This document shows positions 59,782 through 64,000 of a DNA stretch of 64,000 nt, piece by piece; the stretch's first letter is position 1, and each line of letters begins with the position of its first letter. This DNA is from Gemmatimonadota bacterium (GTDB taxonomy: Bacteria; Gemmatimonadota; Gemmatimonadetes; Palauibacterales; Palauibacteraceae). The translations under genes were made by a program, and so were the position numbers. Under the pieces are notes generated by a model. That model did no database searches. It saw only the letters and a list, made by a program, of their open reading frames with translations, and was not told the origin of the DNA. The stretch spans positions 1,760,001 to 1,824,000 of the forward strand of contig OY762926.1 in assembly GCA_963666735.1 (NCBI GenBank), given 5' to 3'.

Positions 59782-59787
59782 GTAAGT

Positions 59788-59816
59788 ACGCTAATCGTGC
59801 GGCATGGGTTCCACAA
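59788..59816 (-). promoter_or_regulatory. Putative sigma-70 promoter for the NYN leader RNA
   Basis: Minus strand TTGTGG-17 nt-TAGCGT, followed by an AT-rich start region. Confidence 0.5.
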
Positions 59817-59864
59817 GATCCCATTTCGGACCCGGGCTTACCTCGTCGCGAAGGCCCCGAAGCG

Positions 59865-61049
59865 TCAGTTGTAGGCCGGGAGGCCGGTCTCGTCGTGTCC
59901 CAGGATGAGGGAGTGAATGTCGTGCGTGCCCTCGTAGGTATAGACCGACTCCAGGTTCGCCATGTGACGCATGGAGGCGTACTCGGCGAGGATCCCGTTC
60001 GCGCCGAGCAGCCGCCGCGACTCGCGGGCGCAATCGCACGCCATGTTCACGTTGTTTCGCTTCGCGAGGGAAACGTGCTGCGGCCGCATCGTGCCTTCGT
60101 CCTTCATCCGCCCGAGCCGGAGGCAGAGGAGCTGCGCCTTCGTGATCTCGGTGAGCATGTCCGCGATCCGGACCTGCTGGATCTGGGTCTGCGCGATCGG
60201 CGTCCCGTCGAACTGCACGCGGTTCTTCGCGTACTCGACCGACTCGCGGTAGCAGCCCATGGCGGCGCCGACCGCCCCCCACGAGATCCCGTACCGCGCC
60301 TGCGTGAGACACTTCAGCGGGCTCTTGAGTCCCCCGCTGCCCGGGAGGAGGTTCGTGCGCGGCACCCGCACGTCCTGCAGCACGAGTTCGGAGGTGTCGG
60401 ACGCCAGGAGCGACAGTTTCCCCTTCTGGTCGCTGGCGGAGAAGCCGTCGCGCCCGGTCTCGACGAGAAAGCCGCGGATCGACCCGACGTCATCCAGGTC
60501 TCCGGTCTTGGCCCAGATCACCGCGATGTCGGCCATCGATCCGTTCGTAATCCACATCTTGGCGCCGTTCAGGACCCACTCGTCCCCGTCCTCGACGGCC
60601 CGCGTGATCATGCCGCCGGGGTTGGAGCCGAAGTCGGGCTCGGTGAGGCCGAAGCACCCGATGGACTCGCCGCTCGCCAGCCGCGGCAGCCACGCGCGCT
60701 TCTGTTCCTCCGATCCGAAGGCGAAGATCGGGTACATGACGAGGGCGCCCTGTACCGAGACGAAGGAGCGGAGTCCCGAGTCCGCCCGCTCGAGTTCCTG
60801 CATGATGAGGCCGTAGGCCACGTTGTTGAGACCCGCGCAGCCGTACTCCTCGGGGAGGTTCGCCCCGAAGAATCCGAGTTCGCCCATCTGGGGGATGAGT
60901 TCCCGCGGGAACGTGCGTTCGATGTAGTGGTGGCCGATGATGGGCAGGACTTCCCGGTCCACCCACTCGCGCACCAGATCCCGGATGGCCGTCTCCTCTT
61001 CGTGGAGGAGCGCATCGAGATTGAAGTAATCGACACCCTCGAAACTCAT
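59865..61049 (-). CDS. Acyl-CoA dehydrogenase, glutaryl-CoA dehydrogenase-like
   Basis: ELER.DSG.RS..SVQ..LVM.PI, GCFGLTEPD.GS, G.KMWITNG, ARYGI.WG and NLESVYTYEGTHDIH.LI.G. Confidence 0.88.
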   Translation of the reverse strand: MSFEGVDYFNLDALLHEEETAIRDLVREWVDREVLPIIGHHYIERTFPRELIPQMGELGFFGANLPEEYGCAGLNNVAYGLIMQELERADSGLRSFVSVQGALVMYPIFAFGSEEQKRAWLPRLASGESIGCFGLTEPDFGSNPGGMITRAVEDGDEWVLNGAKMWITNGSMADIAVIWAKTGDLDDVGSIRGFLVETGRDGFSASDQKGKLSLLASDTSELVLQDVRVPRTNLLPGSGGLKSPLKCLTQARYGISWGAVGAAMGCYRESVEYAKNRVQFDGTPIAQTQIQQVRIADMLTEITKAQLLCLRLGRMKDEGTMRPQHVSLAKRNNVNMACDCARESRRLLGANGILAEYASMRHMANLESVYTYEGTHDIHSLILGHDETGLPAYN

Positions 61050-61321
61050 TCGCGAATTTCTCCGGACTCGGGGCAGCCCGTGGCTGCCGGTTGAGAGGCG
61101 GCGGACGAATCCGCGCGGAAACAGCGGAAACAATGGACGCCGAGCGCGACGCCGGCGACGGCGAGGAGGATGCCGGCGGCGACTCCCGGCCAGCCGTACA
61201 CGTGCGCATTGATGACGAGGACGATCCCGACCATGGTGGCGAGCGCCGCGGCCGGAAGTCCCAGCACGGTCCGGATGCCGGCGCGCGGGCCGGGCCGGGA
61301 GCCTATCGGCCGAGACGCCAT
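61046..61321 (-). CDS. Small two-TM hypothetical membrane protein
   Basis: Two hydrophobic helices; the stop overlaps the acyl-CoA dehydrogenase ATG (ATGA). Confidence 0.55.
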   Translation of the reverse strand: MASRPIGSRPGPRAGIRTVLGLPAAALATMVGIVLVINAHVYGWPGVAAGILLAVAGVALGVHCFRCFRADSSAASQPAATGCPESGEIRE

Positions 61322-61626
61322 CGGGTGTAGCCCTTCACGACCTCGCGGCCGATGCGGAAACCGAGATAGTACGCGGCCACGAGCGGCAGCCCCCACGCGT
61401 AGGCGGGCAGGAAGCCGAGATCGGGGGAGGTGCGGAGCCAGATCGCAACCCAGACGGCGAAGGGCAGCGTGATGCACGCGGCGACGACGTGGCGCCAAAG
61501 CCGCATGCGCCGCTGCATGCGCGGGCCGCAGGCCTCGCACCAGTCGTCGGCGTCCAACCGTCCCTTGGGAAACATCTGGCCGCAGGCGCCGCACATCACG
61601 CCCTTGAAATGAAGCTCGTCCGTCAT
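61303..61626 (-). CDS. Small zinc-ribbon plus two-TM membrane protein
   Basis: CGAC...CEAC followed by two hydrophobic helices. Confidence 0.65.
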   Translation of the reverse strand: MTDELHFKGVMCGACGQMFPKGRLDADDWCEACGPRMQRRMRLWRHVVAACITLPFAVWVAIWLRTSPDLGFLPAYAWGLPLVAAYYLGFRIGREVVKGYTRWRLGR

Positions 61627-61636
61627 TCCGCGCCGG

Positions 61637-62671
61637 TCATTCACCGGCGGCGTCCAGTCGTTCGATCACCGCGTCGGCGAACTCCGCCGTGCCGGCGGAA
61701 CCGCCGATGTCCGGGGTATGGCCGACATCCTCGTGCAGGGTCCGGTGCAGCGCGGCGCGGATGCGCGCGGCGACCTCGGGTTCATCGAGGTGGTCGAGCA
61801 GGAGGCAGCCTGCGAGCAGGAGGGAGGTGGGGTTCGCGATCCCCTGCCCCGCGATGTCCGGCGCCGACCCATGCACCGCCTCGAAGATCGCGGCCCGCTC
61901 GCCGAGGTTCGCGCCCGGCGCGAAGCCGAGCCCGCCGATGAGTCCCGCGACCTGATCCGAGAGGATGTCGCCGAACATGTTCTCGGTCACGATCACGTCG
62001 AAGCGGTACGGATCCAGTGCGAGTTGCATCGCCGTGGCGTCCACGATCTTGTCGTCGAATTCCACCCTTCCCTCGTACTCGGCCGCGACGTTGCGCCCGA
62101 CCTCGAGGAAGAGACCCTGCGTATACTTGAGGATATTCGCCTTATGGACGAGGGTCACGAGACGACGGTTGTGGGCGAGGGCGTACTCGAACGCGAAGCG
62201 CACGATGCGACGCGACCCGTAGCGCGTAATGAGCATGACGGACTCGGCGACGGCGCGCGGGTCGTTCTCCATCCCGATGAAGTGCTCGATCCCGGCGTAG
62301 AGGCCCTCGGTGTTCTCGCGCACGATGACGAGGTCCACATCCGGATAGCGGGCGGCCGGAAGGAGGGTTACGGCGGGACGGACGTTCGCGTAGAGGTCGA
62401 AATGCTTGCGGAGCGCGACGTTCACCGACCGGAAACCCGAGCCGATGGGAGTGGTGAGCGGCCCCTTGAGCGCGACGCCGGTCGCCTCGATCGATTCGAG
62501 AGTCGCCTGCGGAAGCGGCTCTCCGGCGGCCTCCATGGCGGTCACGCCGCCGAGGCGTTCGCGCCAGCGGATGGGCGCGCCCGCGGCCTCCAGGATCGCA
62601 ACGGTGGCTTCGGATATCTCCGGGCCAATGCCGTCGCCCGGAATCAACACGACGTCGTGTATCGGTTTCAT
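61637..62671 (-). CDS. Isocitrate dehydrogenase (NAD-type) / beta-decarboxylating dehydrogenase family
   Basis: GDGIGPEI, KGPLTTP.G.GFRSVNVALRK, RENTEG.Y, HKANI, ENMFGDILSD and EAVHGSAPDIAG. Confidence 0.9.
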   Translation of the reverse strand: MKPIHDVVLIPGDGIGPEISEATVAILEAAGAPIRWRERLGGVTAMEAAGEPLPQATLESIEATGVALKGPLTTPIGSGFRSVNVALRKHFDLYANVRPAVTLLPAARYPDVDLVIVRENTEGLYAGIEHFIGMENDPRAVAESVMLITRYGSRRIVRFAFEYALAHNRRLVTLVHKANILKYTQGLFLEVGRNVAAEYEGRVEFDDKIVDATAMQLALDPYRFDVIVTENMFGDILSDQVAGLIGGLGFAPGANLGERAAIFEAVHGSAPDIAGQGIANPTSLLLAGCLLLDHLDEPEVAARIRAALHRTLHEDVGHTPDIGGSAGTAEFADAVIERLDAAGE

Positions 62672-62673
62672 CG

Positions 62674-63306
62674 TCACGAAGGTGCGAGTCGATCGGCCAG
62701 GCGCAGCGCGAGCGTGGTGAGGGCGAATGGGGATGCGGCCTCCGCGGCCGCCCCCGCGACCGCGCCGTGCCAGAGGACGGCGCTGCGCCGCACGTCGATG
62801 AGAGCGAGTTGCAGGACGGCCCGGCTCTCCCGATACGATACCGCGAGCGGCAGAACGACGAGGCGGGCTCCGAAGAGGGCGGCCACCCGGCGAAGCTGCG
62901 AGTGGAGCGGTTCGTAGAGTTGCGACTCGGGACCCGGCGCGGTGAGCAGGCCCCGGTAGGCGAGCCGCCCCGGGTCGACGCCGATCATCGGGTCGCGCGA
63001 GAGGCGGGCCTCCACGGCAAGCGGAAGAGCCCAATGCGCGGCCCCCTCTTCCTCCCCGAACGCAAACTCGATCTCGGCGTTCAGGAGGTCGATCGTGCGC
63101 TGCGCGCTCCCCGTCCCCCCGACCCACGTCCCCTCGAGGTCCGGGACGGCCGACTGTACGGGGAGGATGATCACGGGCGTGCCCCCCGCAACGCCCCGCG
63201 GAAGGATCTCCTGCGCCACCGCGGCGTCGGCGAGGCAGCCGAGCCCCGCCAATCCTGCCAGCCCCGTCAGTCCAGCCAGCGCCGCAGCTGCGAAGCGGTT
63301 TCTCAT
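62674..63306 (-). CDS. Secreted hypothetical protein
   Basis: Signal peptide (..AAVA/QE); ATGA overlap with the upstream gene; GC-rich third positions. Confidence 0.7.
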   Translation of the reverse strand: MRNRFAAAALAGLTGLAGLAGLGCLADAAVAQEILPRGVAGGTPVIILPVQSAVPDLEGTWVGGTGSAQRTIDLLNAEIEFAFGEEEGAAHWALPLAVEARLSRDPMIGVDPGRLAYRGLLTAPGPESQLYEPLHSQLRRVAALFGARLVVLPLAVSYRESRAVLQLALIDVRRSAVLWHGAVAGAAAEAASPFALTTLALRLADRLAPS

Positions 63307-64000
63307 ACGGGGGCCCGCTCCCCCCGGACGCGCCCGATCTCGGCTTCGATTTCCTCGTGCGAGAGCGTGTGATCGCACTTCTTGGCGAGTCGGAACAGCG
63401 CCTCGCACAGCATCTCGTCCTCCGGGTCGTATCCGTTGCGGACCAGCCAGTACCGGACGTTGCTCAGCCCGGAGACCGGCGAGATCTCGATGGTCTGCGT
63501 CCGCCCCACGATCGAGGCGGGGACGCCGCTGTAGACGCAGTCTTCGAGCCAGCGGTCGCCCTTGGCCATCGCCTTGATGATCGCGGCCGCGTGAACGCCG
63601 GTGCCCGTCCGGAAGGCGTCGTCTCCAATCACGGGATAGTTGTGGGGCACCTCGACGCCGCACATCTCCGCCGTCACGCGGCAGTACTCCGGGAGCCGGT
63701 TGATCGGGTGGTCGTGGGTCCCGAGCAGATGGAGGTTCACGAGCAGGAGGTCCATCTCGACGTTGCCGATCCGCTCGCCGATGCCGAGCGCCGTCGCGTG
63801 GACGCGATCCACTCCTTCCTCGATCGCCGCCAGCGCGTTCGCCAGCCCGAAGCCCCGGTCCCGGTGGCCGTGCCAGTCGACCTTCACGGGTTCGCCGGTG
63901 GCGGCGACAAAGTCCTTCGCGAAGCGGACGAGCCGGCGCACACCGGCGGGCGTCGCGTGTCCGACGGTGTCGGCGAGGCAGATCCGCCTCGCTCCCGCTT
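63303..64000 (-). CDS. DRE-TIM metallolyase (LeuA/homocitrate/Re-citrate synthase family), 3' part; lacks the LeuA regulatory domain
   Basis: RICLADTVGHATP, HGHRDRG..LAN, GIGER.GN and YPVIG.DAF....GVH; ends about 70 aa later. Confidence 0.85.
   Translation of the reverse strand, partial: AGARRICLADTVGHATPAGVRRLVRFAKDFVAATGEPVKVDWHGHRDRGFGLANALAAIEEGVDRVHATALGIGERIGNVEMDLLLVNLHLLGTHDHPINRLPEYCRVTAEMCGVEVPHNYPVIGDDAFRTGTGVHAAAIIKAMAKGDRWLEDCVYSGVPASIVGRTQTIEISPVSGLSNVRYWLVRNGYDPEDEMLCEALFRLAKKCDHTLSHEEIEAEIGRVRGERAPV

Noticed and set aside
58777..59838. 9-bp inverted repeat (AGCCCGGGT/ACCCGGGCT) flanking the NYN cassette as possible element ends
   Set aside because: Too short and GC-rich to be significant; no transposase or target-site duplication.

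Overview
This is a very GC-rich (about 70% by eye) bacterial chromosomal window. Gene content and order suggest Gemmatimonadota; that assignment is inference and was not tested. Positions 1-35661 are one long minus-strand run of housekeeping genes, many linked by overlapping stop/start codons: lipid kinase, TamB/Omp85, lgt, tsaD, ybbR, PASTA, rsmB, thiG/thiS/TenI-like, fmt/def, yajC/tgt/queA, ruvBAC, yebC, a divergent EF-G paralogue, rhomboid, ddl, TonB, mutS, SPOR, holA, ECF sigma/anti-sigma, Nudix and an M16 pair. The RNase P RNA gene follows. Positions 36274-48124 encode secreted and surface proteins, followed by tRNA-Arg(UCG). Two small accessory blocks stand out. The first (48888-50960) is a leaderless RHH antitoxin-VapC-DUF6197-like-PLD/winged-helix nuclease operon. 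The second (58812-59816) is a NYN/PIN-like nuclease gene preceded by a promoter, a ~75-nt two-hairpin RNA and a strong intrinsic terminator, resembling a type III toxin-antitoxin or attenuator layout. Other signals: a 14-20 bp palindrome (GTTCCCGCGGGAAC) found four times in three reading frames and once intergenically, probable CTG start codons, an internally deleted DUF5916 gene, and many short tandem duplications at gene ends. Family assignments come from motif recognition only; no database searches were run.
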